DNA from: the human T2T-CHM13v2.0 reference genome, Homo sapiens | Assembly (NCBI RefSeq): GCF_009914755.1 | Contig: NC_060927.1 | Reading direction: 5' to 3' (one strand) | Length of the DNA stretch: 64,000 bases | In this document: one piece after another, positions 1 through 13,585 of the stretch | Layout: each line of letters starts with the position of its first letter | Numbering within the stretch: the first letter of the stretch is position 1 | Translations under genes and position numbers: made by a program | Notes under the pieces: generated by a model | What the model saw: only the letters and a program-made list of their open reading frames with translations | Told to the model about the DNA's origin: nothing | The model's database searches: none

Positions 1-483
1 GTCATCTGTAACAACATGGCTGGAACCAAGGTCATTATGTCAAGTGAAATAAGCCAGCTACAGATAGACAAACTTCAAAAGTTCTCATTTACTTGTGGAA
101 GCTAGAAAATAAAATAATTGAACTCATGGAGATAGAGAGATGGATGGTTACCAAAGGCTGAGGAGGATAGTGGGGGTGGAGAAGAAGTGAGGATGGTTAA
201 TAGGTACTAAAACATAGGAATAACGAATAAGACCTACTATTGATAGCACAACAGGGTTACAATAGTCAACACTAAATTATACATTTTAAAATAACTAAAA
301 GAGTATAACTGGATGGTTTGTTATATAAAGGATAAATACTTGAGGGGATGGATAACCCATTCACCATGATGTGATTATTACGCATTGCATGCCTGTTTCA
401 AAGTATCTCACGTACTCCATAAATACATACACCTACTATGTGCCCACAAAAATTTAAAAAAATTTAAAAATAATAAAAATAAG
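1..483 (+). mobile_element. L1 3' end/3'UTR with A-rich tail (L1MA-like), runs off window start
   Basis: Typical L1 3'UTR text (catgatgtgattattacgcattgcatgcctg; acacctactatgtgcccacaaaaattt) then A-rich tail. Confidence 0.8.
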
Positions 484-2419
484 ATTTTATCTTCTTAAAA
501 AAAAAGTAGGTAGGTAACGTTGGAGAGGTATTCCAGGTTTCATTTGCTAACTAGGAAAAATTAAGAGTTCCATATCTGCTAATAATTCGCAGAAATAGCT
601 GATTCAGATGCTTCTGAATGGAAACATATTAATTACTTACACAGAAGCATACTTTTGTGTAATTTATTAGTAAACAAACATATAAACCTTTGGTGACCTA
701 AAATTCACATTTAGTTGCAAAATTGTTTATTTTTCAAAACATAATATATATTGCTTGAGAAAACAATTCCTCTAAATGGTCTTAGGAAAAGAAAACACAA
801 GCCTTATTTTTTCCTGGAATCAAGAACTGAATCACCATTCTCTCCTCCCCGATATACAAAGAATCACTACAAAGTAATAGTTATGTGAGAACCTGATATG
901 ACATGAAATTAGGTTTCCAGAAATCCATTATTCCATAATGCAATCAGGGGACCTATTTCACAGTACATTTACAACACATGCAATAAACTTGGACTCTGAA
1001 CTCCACAGCAGCTGATTAAACAAGAAGCCTACTTCTTCTCAGCTGTCCTGGCATAGCTTTATTAAGTCTAGCAAACATCGAACTTCCAGAATGCCATAAA
1101 TAACTTTGGCTTGCAAGCTGTAGTAACAGTACTAAAATTTCCTCAGGTGTAAACATGTCCTACTAGCTAGAAATCCTTTAAAAGATGATTACTAGACTAC
1201 CATTGTAGCTATCATGGATCTAACGTTAAGGTGAGAAGGAATAATCATTTTAACTCTTACAATACACTGTAGACAAGATTTAGTGAATCATTTAGCTTCA
1301 GAGTAAAACGGTCATCCTTACTATGGTACAATTTTGCAGATTAATTTGACAACCACTTTCACCTTTAAATCTGCACAGCACAGAAAAAGCCAAACTAAAA
1401 TATAATTTCCCTATTAGATATATAGAGAATTTCATAGGTAAACTATAAACACTAATGTTTAATTGATTAGGTATCTTATTTATATGTTATGTTAACAAAC
1501 TAAAACACCAAATAATAATCCTAGTATTTCATTCTTTTTTAACCAAACACCTCATATTTGAAGGAACATTATTTTACTCCACTCCCAATTCAAGCCCTAA
1601 ATTTCATCTCCATATCAAAGAGGAAACCCTAATAAGTACCATCCCTATTTCTAAAACCCTATACTTCTGAACATGCCTTTGAATACATGACAGAAATAAT
1701 TTTTTTAAACGCTTGACACCATGCTGTTAATGTTTGATCAGTAAATTCAATTTGAGAATTATGCAAGAAAAAGGCCACTGAAATTGTTAGAACAAAAACC
1801 TTTTCTAATTTCTCTTCATTCACTAGAGGATTAAACTGAAGATGTGCAATGTAAATTTCCCTCCATTCAAGTAAGGGCTCAAAATACCAGATAAATAAAG
1901 AAAATTCTTCCAAACAACTTTGCCCAATAACTTATCAATTCAGAATATAGACATGAAAAGAAAGAGTGTCTCTGGGTGGAATTGTGATAATGGTTCCTGG
2001 AGTAACTGAGAAGGTCAAACTAAATTGTTACCAAGATAGGTTACTCACTAGCTTATAGGATCTGTCTCCTTATCAAATTTCTAGGGCAAGAATAATTTAA
2101 AAATTTACTTGCTTAAATATCTGTGTTTCCGAATAGATTCTTAAGAACATGCATGCAGCCTTTTTCACACCTCTAGACCCTAACAGAAGTATTCAGCAAA
2201 CCAATGGGTGGCATTCAGTAAGTATTTACTAAACAGAACTGAAGCCACTTGCTTCTAACAGTAGCTCCTTGAAATGAATGGGTAAGTATCAGAAAAAAAA
2301 TGGTGAAATTAATTACTGGTGTTGGCTACAGCTGCCAAAGAGGGACATAACCAGACCTAAAAAGTGTCTCCAATGCTACCATGGTGGCAGTTTAACAGGA
2401 GGTTTTTCAAAAGATGCTT

Positions 2420-2860
2420 CTTCCTTGATAACACTCCTGAATTTCTCCAACCCCTTTGTGGCTAGGTTTCGTCATTAGAATTAAGTTCTTGACAAAAAAA
2501 TTAAGTGGAAGTCTTGTGTAGGCCTTTCAAAAAGGCTACTTTAAGGAAGCAAACTCAGCTAGATGCGGGACCCCACTCTCTGCCCCACTTTTTCCCCTTC
2601 CAGGCAACAACTTAGGATGTGATGGGTGGCTCTTCAGCAGCTATCTTGTATGCTGAGGTGACCTTGATTGATAATGGAAGCCAAACACTAGGATGACAGA
2701 GCAGAAGATAAGAACTTGAGTTTCTCATACTGAGTCATAACAATACTAGCCCTGGACCACTTACCTTCAGAATCTTTTATGTGACAGAGAAATAAATTTT
2801 TATCCAAGCCACCATTTTGTCCATTCTTCTATGGTTGTCAAACCTAACATTACTTGAGAG
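2420..2860 (+). mobile_element. Old MaLR LTR fragment (MLT1-like)
   Basis: cagctatcttg...gagcagaaga...agccctggac...agagaaataaa...aagccacc resembles the MLT1 3' half; degenerate. Confidence 0.5.
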
Positions 2861-3509
2861 ATAGTGTTTGAAAATTTAAAATGTTGACTGCATTGGCAAC
2901 TAAATCTGTGGCTTTCATGGCAACGAGTGTAAATGGATCACTCTCTACTGCCCCTAAGACTTAAGATTATAGAATAAAACTGTAATCAAATCCAATAATG
3001 TGGAAAAAAATGGTTTTGAAATGCAGAATCTTACTTTAATGAAAGTATTTTACAAAGAGAGATGAAAATTCATTGGAAATGGTGAGAGCATATGGACTAT
3101 AACAGTAACAATAAGGTTAATGGTACTAAAGGCAAATTAGATTAATAAAATAGCAAAAAAATATTAAAATTTTAAAAGGCTGAAGCCATTGAATTTGAAG
3201 TCTGGAGATCTTGATTTGATTTGTTATAGGTAATTTTAGGAAAATAATTTCACATATCAGGGCCTTAGTTCCCCATTATAGAAAAGGAATTAAATAATCT
3301 CTAAGAAAATTTCAGTTCCAGAATTCTCTACATACCTTAGCATGTTAATATTAATTTAAAAGAAAACCCCAAAATATATCAATATTAAGTCTAAGACAAT
3401 TCTTCAAATTAAAAAGCAACTACATCTTCTCCAGATACAAAGCAATGATATCTTCCAAATATCGGTTTAAAAAGTTTTGTCACCACTGACAATATAATTA
3501 AGATCTTTG

Positions 3510-3860
3510 TGCCTGCTATTCTGGCTACCTAGAATGGACTTATCTCCAACTCTTCAATTAACTCTATTTATCTCTTTTAGATCTCTTTCAGGTCTTAGGA
3601 TATATGTCTCTTCTTAAGTGAGGCCTGTCCTGACCCCTAGAGTAGGTCCCACCTATTTTCTTTCTTAACATACTCTGCTTTTACACTTCATAGTACTTCA
3701 TCACCATTGTTCATTCATATAATTATTTGTGTTCTTTTATTAAATGTCTCTTTCCCATTATAGCATAATCTCTAGAGGGAAGAGGCATATCTGCTTGGCT
3801 TTGTTTTCACTATTTTTTGCCCTGATACAATGCCTAACGCACCGATAAGAGTTCATTCAT
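3510..3860 (+). mobile_element. L2 3' fragment
   Basis: gaggcctgtcctgacc...ctagagggaagagg...ttttcact...acaatgcctaacgcac resembles the L2 3' end. Confidence 0.55.
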
Positions 3861-3957
3861 GCTAGTATTTGTTATACAAAAGAACAAGCAGACGAATAAA
3901 TAAAGCAGGAATTAAAGAATTGCAGAGTTCATGCAAGAACATGTTTACCCAACTCAC

Positions 3958-4053
3958 CTCATTAAACACAGGATACATGACTGCATAGAGGGGCATAGAA
4001 ACCATGGATGTGGTCTCAGCTTCATTCTTCATCTCTTCCATTGTCATCCTCAT
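3958..4053 (-). CDS. PDCD10: PDCD10/CCM3 first coding exon, residues 1-32; later exons lie left of the window
   Basis: Translation [32 protein letters not shown] is the recognisable PDCD10 N-terminus; phase-0 donor GAG|GTGAGT at 3958/3957; 96 nt. Confidence 0.97.
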
Positions 4054-4107
4054 TCAAAAGCCAACTACAGTTGAAAAAGCAGTGCTAAAATGCAGAGGAA
4101 TCTTCAT
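4054..4107 (-). other. uORF MKIPLHFSTAFSTVVGF* in frame with and abutting the PDCD10 ATG
   Basis: ATG at 4107-4105, 17 sense codons, TGA at 4056-4054; read directly from sequence, translation unproven. Confidence 0.7.
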
Positions 4108-5099
4108 TCACTGCAATATTTCTTCTCTTTTTTGGTGATAAAAGAATTGGACACAAAAAACACACTGATCTGGTGAAAGAGGAAGAAAGAACAGAGACTT
4201 ACTATATTAAGGAGAAACGACAAATACCAATAATTTTCCTTTCCAAATTACAGAGTTCCTATTTTATGAAAAGCTATTTTTTAATATATTCTACTTGTGA
4301 AAGCAAACCTAGTTGGCAAGAAACTTACCTTTTCCTCCAAAGACTCAACAACTGCCCTTTCCTAAAGTCCTTGGTTAGGTACTACTTCACAAAGCAGTGA
4401 CTTAAGACGCTGCTTAACCTGAACTCAGAGAGCTCTCTATGAAGCACCATGGAATAATGATGTATGTCATGCCACCATATACAATCTAAGAGAACATATG
4501 AATAAGACACATACTTATAATATTTATACATAATATAAAATTATAATCAGGAAATGCATGATGTGTAAGTGTGTGCAGAAAACCAAATCGAAGAATCAAT
4601 AAAGAAGAAAGAACTAGGGTGTTTTAACATTTTTATTAAAACCTTTTTGCTACTTGTTTATTGATTTTGTCACCTGAAAATAACACAAACATAACAAGCA
4701 CCAAATATGTCAAACATAAAATTGAAAAAAATTCTACCAAATGTGATCCACTTGGTAAAATACTTGCTACTTAATTGTGCCAGTGATACCTTCTGGTATT
4801 TAGAAGAACTACAGAAATTGTTGTCCAAATCTGACATAAAAAGTGAGAAAGAAGAAAAACCCAGAGGCTGGTAGTTTGGATTAAAATCAAGAATTCAACA
4901 ATAAAAGAAATTTTGCCTTGAGGTGTTAAGGAAATATGTTAGTTTTTAAAGAGAATACAACTATATATTTCCTTTACTATGGTTTAAAAAAATGATCCTA
5001 ATCATGAAGTGAATAACAGTAGTGACATACATATATTAAACAAAAAGCCATTTTTTGATTAATTTCTACTACTTGTAAAGCATTTTCATAGTATAAAAC

Positions 5100-5265
5100 A
5101 TTTTGCACATGCATTTAGTCCTATAATAACTTGCTTTAAAAAACTGCAATTCTAATTTTACAAGTGTAAAGCAGGCTCAGAGATAATAAATAACTTGCCC
5201 AAGATCACACAGGTAGAGACCCAAGACTTGATCCCAGGACTCTGAATACAGATCTTATACTCTCA
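5100..5265 (-). mobile_element. MIR
   Basis: ggctcagag...taacttgcccaagatcacacag = reverse MIR core. Confidence 0.65.
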
Positions 5266-8200
5266 CATAACAAAACCAAATTTGAAGTGGAAATAAAGAA
5301 CCCCACCTCATCTACTCAAGAAAAGTACCCAGAATTTATTATTCACTCAACATGTTCAGAGTATGTTTAACACTGCTAGGTATGAAGTGCAGTTCCTAAT
5401 CATTAAAAATTTATCTGTGCCAGAATGTGTAAGACCTAACAAGACTGAAAGATACAATCAAAGGCCTGCAGTGACGCTTCAAAAAGCTCCAATAACCTGT
5501 TCCATTGGAAAGCTGCTTAGTATTCCACCATATCGCTACCAGTGAAAGGGAACTCAACACCTACGGAAACTGTTTAGTCCCATTTCTGACAGTTCTAAAC
5601 ATCAAAGAGTTTTCCTGTTTCTCACCTGAAACCTACTCCATGACTTGACAGAACAAAAAGAGCAAAAGGCGAATTCCTGAATTTCATTCTATGGGGAAAA
5701 AGAATACCATTACCTGATTATGTAACTTAGTTAAGTAGATGGCTTTGGTCACAGCATGATGGAGAGAATGGAGGAAGAATAACGACAAGGAAAACTTAAC
5801 AGACTCAGTATACCTATGTCAGAAATAAACAAGACCAAAATAATAAGCAAAAAGAAGTAGATAAATACCAATTGTGGCCCTGCTGTTCCTATTTAGCTAC
5901 TTAAGTCACTTGGTAATCTGCTTTTCCACTTCAAAATAAATTGGGAAAACTTCATAATAAAAAAAACCTGGGGAAAAGGAGGATGGCTAAAAGGCAGTGG
6001 TATCAGTTAAAATGAAAAGGACAGAATGAATGCAGAATATAGACAGCAGCAGAAGGCATGGTATCATCAATGAAAAATCAAGTAAGAAATGGCAAAACAA
6101 AACCAAGAACAGACCTTGAAGAGCTCTCATTGTGTGACAGAAAAAAAATTATTTATTTAATAAATATTTCAATGGTCACAAAGAGGCACGGTATTAAATA
6201 TAGAGCAGTGAACAAGACAAGACAGTCTCTGACCCCATTAAACGTGTTTTATAAAAGGAAAGTCAGAAAACATACAACTGTGGTGCGCACAAAAGGGAGA
6301 AGTCAGGCTGCTATATCGCTACAGGAGAACTGGAGAAAACCAGCATCACGAAACAAGTTTCAAGAAGAAGGTAGCCAAAAGTTTTAAGTGCTACTGAGTA
6401 TGGAAAGTAACTTTTAAAAAATTATTTGATTTCTTGATGAGGTTAAAGCGGTAACCTTCAAAGAGCGGAGTACTTATATACTGGGGTGAGAAATCCCTGC
6501 AGGGGCTAAGAGAGTGAGCTGGTAAGTTTTCAAGAATCTCGGTATAAAGGAGGTGAAATACTTATGAGAAAAGTAAGCACAATGGAATTACTCTTGTGTT
6601 TCACTCTTTTGAACACATACGCATATAACTGCAGATGTACAGGCTGCCAGAGGTAAAGGGATAAGGTAAGTGGCCAGAGTCACTTTCAGAATTACTGCTG
6701 ACATCTCTACCTACCTACCCCCTATAAACCTACTCAAATACTTAATTTTTACCTTTTGTAAATACTGGCATTTAATATTTTTAAAACTCATGTTTAATAA
6801 ATAGTCTCTTCTCTAAAACTAACTTTACAGTACTTATTTGTCAACAAAAAGAACAGTATTTTGGCAACATCATGGGCTACATAAGTGGCTGGCCTATGGC
6901 ATACATGCCATCTTTTAATACTGTTCTTATGAAAAATGCTCCAAAGAACCAATTTAAAACTGAACTTTTTAGAACACACATTAACAACTGGGGCCACTCA
7001 GTTTCAGTAGCATTTACATGAGATTAGAAATCAACAATTCCAATACGGCTTTTAAAATATTGAATTACTGTCAATTTCAACTTCGAGTTAAAATATGCCT
7101 TTGTCATTCCTTCCGCATGCTTCTTCATTTGAAATAGTTCAAGGGACAACCTGCAATTACCCCATGCAACAAAGAGCCTGCTATGGAAACAGCAAGGGTT
7201 GGCTGAGCTGAGTGAGGTCTGAGGCCCCCTTTGACAAGGTGCCTTCCTTTTAGGATGAGTGTGACCAAGTCCCGGCAGCTGGGTAGCACATTAACAAAAT
7301 TTCAACCCTCTAAGGTACACTATTTTCTGGAGTAGGTGCTGATTATGCACATACAGAAAACTGAAGATCACTGACTACAAATCCCACATCTGAAATGGCC
7401 TTAAAAAGTTATTTCACCCATTTCACTACCTACAGCAGAAACCGAAGTACAAAAAGGATGTAGTGACTTGCTCCTGGTCACAACATCTAGCTAATAATTA
7501 AATACATAATAAAAATGTAATGTTGGTATGATAACAACATAGCAAGAACTTTACGTCTCACGTTTCAAATGTGCTGCTTTGCAGGGAAATCTTCAGTTCA
7601 AAGTAAGCTTTGTGTACTGTTGGCATCCACAAAATAAAAACCAAGAACAAGAAATGTTGAAAGAACCTAGACAAAAGGCATACTTTTAAACACACTTTTC
7701 TTCAAAAACACCCATTGTGATATTGGGATATCAACACAGAGTATAAGCAATCTTCTCACTTATAATTTACCCCTCATTTTCTTGAATATTCAAAATAGCA
7801 CTGCTAATTTTTAACAGAAGATAATCAGCTTTAAATATCTTCCTGAGCTGAAGATAATTATCACTTGCTTAGAGTAAGAAGCCCAAAAACAGGTATTCGC
7901 CACTCCGCTGCCAAACTCTTAAATCTTTGGTGTTTCTGCCCTCCCTAACCAACTCGAGTCTGCTCATTTAAAGAGCCACACATGGGTATATCTCAGGGCT
8001 CAGAATCAGTATTTCCTGAAACTGCCTTACTTTACTCCATCTGGGACTTGAGATAAGTCTAGAGCCAAAGCTATTTACTATCAAATGAAAGGAGAGGAAC
8101 AACAGAAGCTCTTGGTACTGGTATAGGCACTTCTCAGTTAGAAAAACAGCTTTTTAAGTAATTCTACACTTAAAACGTTTGTAGGCAGGCAGGTCTTTTT

Positions 8201-8812
8201 GTCTTGCTTTTCTCTCTAGTAAAATCCAGTACTCAGCCCTCTTGGCCCTAAATTCTTATAATTCCTATAATTTCTCTCTCTAAAAAGGGAAAGATTGATT
8301 GACTGACTGATGTATGCTGGATCTCCAACAAATGTGCATGAACATTCAGTTAAGAGAAGTGTGTTCATTCTAGCAGTGAGCAGAATCCTGTGTTTATGTT
8401 CCCATTTATAAGTGTGTTTCTTCTTCCCAATAGAGACATTACAGTCAGCATAGCGGGCACATAACAGACACTTAATGTTTGCTGAATGACCAAATTCATG
8501 AGTTGAGATGGGCAATTTATAAATTGAATCAGTCTTGCTAATATACTTTTCAAATAGCATGCCTAGCAAAATAAAAACAAACACAAAAATCAAATTAATT
8601 CTATTAACAAAGCCTGGACCCAGCCACATTATCACTGGAACCAAAATTCAGTGATAATAAGACTTCATTATTGTTATCAGCTATACTTTCCAAAGTAATC
8701 TAATAGGAATTTCTTTAAGACAAATTTTTCTTTAAGCATCAAATCATTAAAAATTATTTACAAATTCTAATTAAGGAGGTCCTCCCCAAGAGTTGGTTAA
8801 CCCAGGATTTCA

Positions 8813-9188
<376 letters not shown>

Positions 9189-9296
9189 TCATCAAACTCT
9201 TAGAGAAAATGGATTTTTACAAAGACTGTATAGATGGTAGTCTGGCCATTTAACAAAGCGGGGTGGGGTTAACATTTGCTGACACAGTTTACGTAC

Positions 9297-9369
9297 CTTT
9301 TTAGGGCTTTCTCATGCCAAAATGCTGTTAGTCACTTCCAAACAAGAGACCAAGATTTAGAGGAGAAAG
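9297..9369 (-). other. PDCD10: PDCD10 73-nt alternative 5'UTR exon
   Basis: Branch point CACTGAC (9408-9402), strong pyrimidine tract TTCCTCTGCCTCCCTTTTTCCTAG|, donor AAG|GTACGT; fits my recollection of a PDCD10 UTR exon. Confidence 0.8.
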
Positions 9370-9656
9370 CTAGGAAAAAGGGAGGCAGAGGAATAGGGTA
9401 AGTCAGTGATCCTACTTAGAGTAAAATGAGCTTGATGTCTTAAGGATATACCTACATCTCTCTCCTTGACTTGCAAATTACATCTTCTATAATTCAATGT
9501 CTTCCATTTCCAGTTTTCTTAATAAAGTTAAGTGGAACCTAACCTCCCTGAACATACACTACTGTCAGTTTAGTACTTACAGAATTTTACACTTAGGGAC
9601 ATCTAGAAGCAATCTCTTGTTAATGGTAAGTGTATATAGCACTTTACCATTGTATC

Positions 9657-9659
<3 letters not shown>

Positions 9660-9702
<43 letters not shown>
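9660..9702. repeat. (TA)n microsatellite
   Basis: About 21 perfect TA units. Confidence 0.95.
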
Positions 9703-9704
<2 letters not shown>

Positions 9705-10004
9705 TTTAAAAATATTAAATGGACAATTTGTGCAGAAAGATACAGGGAAAAAGCATAAGCATTTAAAGTCTCAAAGCATGGGCTCAAATTCTGGTCCTGT
9801 CATTCATAAACTATCTTTGTCTCTGAACAAGTCATTTCACCTCTCTATCCTTTGGTTTCTTCTTTAATATGTCTGACAACTCTAGGGTACTTAGCAGCAC
9901 AAGCTTGTGGATCTTCAACTTGGTGCTGCTGAGACTTCCAGCTCATCTTAAAAGTTAACTGCACCATGTCAAGTGTATGCACTTACATATTTTGTAGAGT
10001 ACTG

Positions 10005-10349
<345 letters not shown>

Positions 10350-10621
10350 TAGATAGACAGTATACAGCAGGAGATAGTGCTCAGTTTGGAAGGAAAAAAA
10401 CCTCAGTTTGAATTTTTGCTCAGCTGGATGCTATCATTTCAGTTTTGTAAATCTCTATTTCTAAACTAGTGAGAAACAGAAATACTGAAGTACTCACTTC
10501 CCCAGATTAAGAGTACTAACTGCATATAAAATAGTTACTACAGTGGCTAACACATAATAACCATTCTATTCATATTGTTATTAATATTTTAGCCAAAATT
10601 CTAGGAACCTGACATGGAATC

Positions 10622-10757
10622 GATTGCAACTAGGGTGAGGCAAACCAGATGCCTAGAACACAAAATTTTGCTCTGATTTGCATGACTGAGAGAGTTAGTG
10701 CTTCTTCAAAGTTTGTACCCTAGGCATATCTCTTGCCTCACCCTAGTCCTGCCCCTG
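10622..10757. mobile_element. MER96-like hAT MITE (palindromic)
   Basis: Perfect 15-bp inverted repeat actagggtgaggcaa (10629-10643) / ttgcctcaccctagt (10733-10747), inner atgcctag/ctaggcat, ends gtcctgcccctg. Confidence 0.75.
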
Positions 10758-13334
10758 CATAACATACACAATGAGAGTCAAACACTGATATCACAATGTC
10801 ATAAAGGCCACCTACATAGCATATTTTCAAAACCTTTTATCTCCCATTTGCCAAAATGGATGCATAAATACACTTAGTTTTGGCTTACATAAAAGAATTT
10901 GGCCATCAGGTGCATTTTAAAACTTTTTGCCAAACCAATGTTAAAATTACTTTTCTAAATGTACATAGATAAACTTAACAAAGGAAACCATGGCCCAGAA
11001 GCAGGCTGGGTAGCAGGCTGGGTTGCACACTGAAATCAAGATGTGATCAAAGCCCTTGAGATAATTCATAAAAGGTTTATAATCTGTACAAGATAATCAA
11101 AAGTTGACAACAAAATTAAAGAGCTCATTACCTCAGAATTAGCTGATGGGAAATGGAAACAGTAACAAAATAGTAACAATTGGCTCCTACGATATTTCAA
11201 AGCAACTTGTTCAGGGGGAAAAACATACATCTCTTTAGTTGTGACAATCCTCATTTTTTTTTCCTATGTCTAAATTTTTGGTAAATTCTGATCTGAGTAA
11301 AATTTAAATGAAAACACTTGTTGGAAGACAGGAAACAAATCTGTCCCCTTGAATATGTTCATCTTTTGCCCATAAAGTTCTCAACCTAATGGTTCATGAA
11401 TAATGCCTAGTTGAATAGTTGTTTGGTGTTTAATTGAGGTACATGTCTATTTTCCTTTTTATTAGTATTATTCCTTGTCTTAGTTTCTCCAATACGATGT
11501 TAATTAAAGCTTTCCTTTAAAATCCCTTAGAAATTCAACTAAACTTAATTCCTCAGAGTGTTAGGTCCTCTCTGCTTAAAGGTACAATTAAAAGAATCTG
11601 TACCACCCTGGATCAGAGCTACTTGCTTTGTATCACTTATAATCTTAGATACCTAGAATTTAACTTAATGACTCCTAATGGCTTAAGATCCTCTAAAACA
11701 TGCAACAGGTACTTTCATTACTTTACACAATTTCTTTGCACCAAAAACACTGCCACAGGGCACTCAAATGTTGACAGAAACTATTAGCCCCAGACAATAA
11801 ATAGCCTCTGCCTTATTTAACATTAGGTGCTAATGAGGCCAAGGTTCTATCTTGATGATGACATTTAACTTTACCTTTAGCTCCCAATTGATCTCAAATA
11901 CAAATACTATTTCTTACAAGAAGAAATTAGGGCTAGGATAGTATCTGTTTTTACTGCATCTACTGTTCCTCCTGTAACCTTCACTTCGCAAAAGTGTGAT
12001 TTATTTTTTAAGGGAGCATACCAAAAATAAGGTAGAACCTTGGAAATCTCTCAAATTTTGACAGTACTGCATAAATACCGATTTTAATATGGATAAAGAC
12101 ATAGAGAAAGATGTGCAGTTCTCAATAAAAAAAAAAAAAGGATTCCAAATGCTTTGGAATTAAATGAAAAAAAGCCTAGCAACAATCTAAACTCGTATAG
12201 GGTGCAGTTGCTGTCTAGAGGCCAGGTCTGACTCATTTAACATTCCCAACTGGCTTCTGTTGTAGTAACCTTATATAAGTCTGAGGAGGCAGCCGGTGTG
12301 TAACATCTTAGGGTTTTGTCATTCCATAACTTCAATCTCAGTTGAATTCCAGTCTATCTTGAAGTAAGAGAGAATGACTGAATAAGACAGGGAGACCCAT
12401 TTCAGTGCCAGGGACCAGATGGCAGTTAGAGAAACAATCATTTATTTTTCTATCAGCTCTAACCTAAAATTGTAAAATGAACTGATGCACATGGAAGTAC
12501 TTAGTATATTAGAAAGACTAAATGTCCATACAATGGTCTTTCAACCCTTTCCCCTTGTATCTACTGAAGTATAAACTCCCTAAAGAGAAGTTGTATCCAT
12601 TTCTCTATTTCCTAGTATCCAACACAGTATTCTGCATAGTCAGTCTAAGTCAGCAACAGTGTTAGTTGGAGATATGGTGATGAAAAGTCAAACAGCACAT
12701 ACCCTTGAAGGTATGTAGTCTTGGCAGGGAAGAGAGACAGTAAAGAAATACAGTGACATGTCACACTGCCACTTGGCATTAACACTCCAGGGAGCGTACC
12801 TGCTTCACATGATACTCCTACCCTATGCAAGTTCAACAGACATGGTGAACATTTGTTTGAAGAAAACAAACAAAAAAATAACTTCACTAAAAATAACTAC
12901 TGCAGTATGTGATAATTCCATTCCCTATGCAAAAGTCCCAGAATGAGACAGATAAGAAACGTGGATCTGCCACTCCCCACACCAGACTGAGAGCCACAGT
13001 GAGCTCTCACAAAGAGTAGCTTGCCACACTGATTGTGACTCTTGTATTATAATATACATATTTCTTTTTTCAATATGGTCTCTGCATAACAAGTCAAACA
13101 CTTCACCTGGTACTCAAAAGAAATCTACTCCAATGCTAGAAAAAAACTGGCTGTGTTGAAGTTGTTAGTCTACAACGTGTATTTCCTAATAGGTTTTTTA
13201 AAAAGTTTGAATATTAAGTAATTTCTGCCTGCCACACTGACCTTAGCATTTAAGACATAACTGCTCTGTAACTACAACTCTTAATGCTAATTTCTCTCTC
13301 CAATGCAGTTCAATCACTAACATCATTTTTACTA

Positions 13335-13585
13335 TAATGATGAAAAACATGGTCTCTTGAGTCAGCCAGCCTGGATTCAAATCCTAATTCCAAGCAATTT
13401 TTCCTGCAACCGTAGGCAAGTTCCTTAACCTCTCTGTACTTTAGTTTCCTCATTTAAAAACTGGAGATAATAGTGCCTCTACCTCGAAGGGTTGTCGTAA
13501 GGATTATAAGAGATCCTGTAAAATGCTTATTAGCATGAGACTTGGCACTTAGTTACTTAATACTCAATAAATGCTAGCTATTATA
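13335..13585 (+). mobile_element. MIR, near full length
   Basis: ggcaagttccttaacctctctgtactttagtttcctcat...ctcaataaatgctagctattat. Confidence 0.85.

Larger units (their letters stand above)
3958..4169 (-). other. PDCD10: PDCD10 exon carrying the start codon (116 nt 5'UTR + 96 nt CDS)
   Basis: Acceptor TTCTTTCTTCCTCTTTCACCAG|ATCAG (AG at 4171-4170); donor GTGAGT at 3957. Confidence 0.9.

Noticed and set aside
3862-3957. C-terminal half of the 63-aa ORF as real PDCD10 sequence
   Set aside because: Lies past a consensus GT donor; intronic
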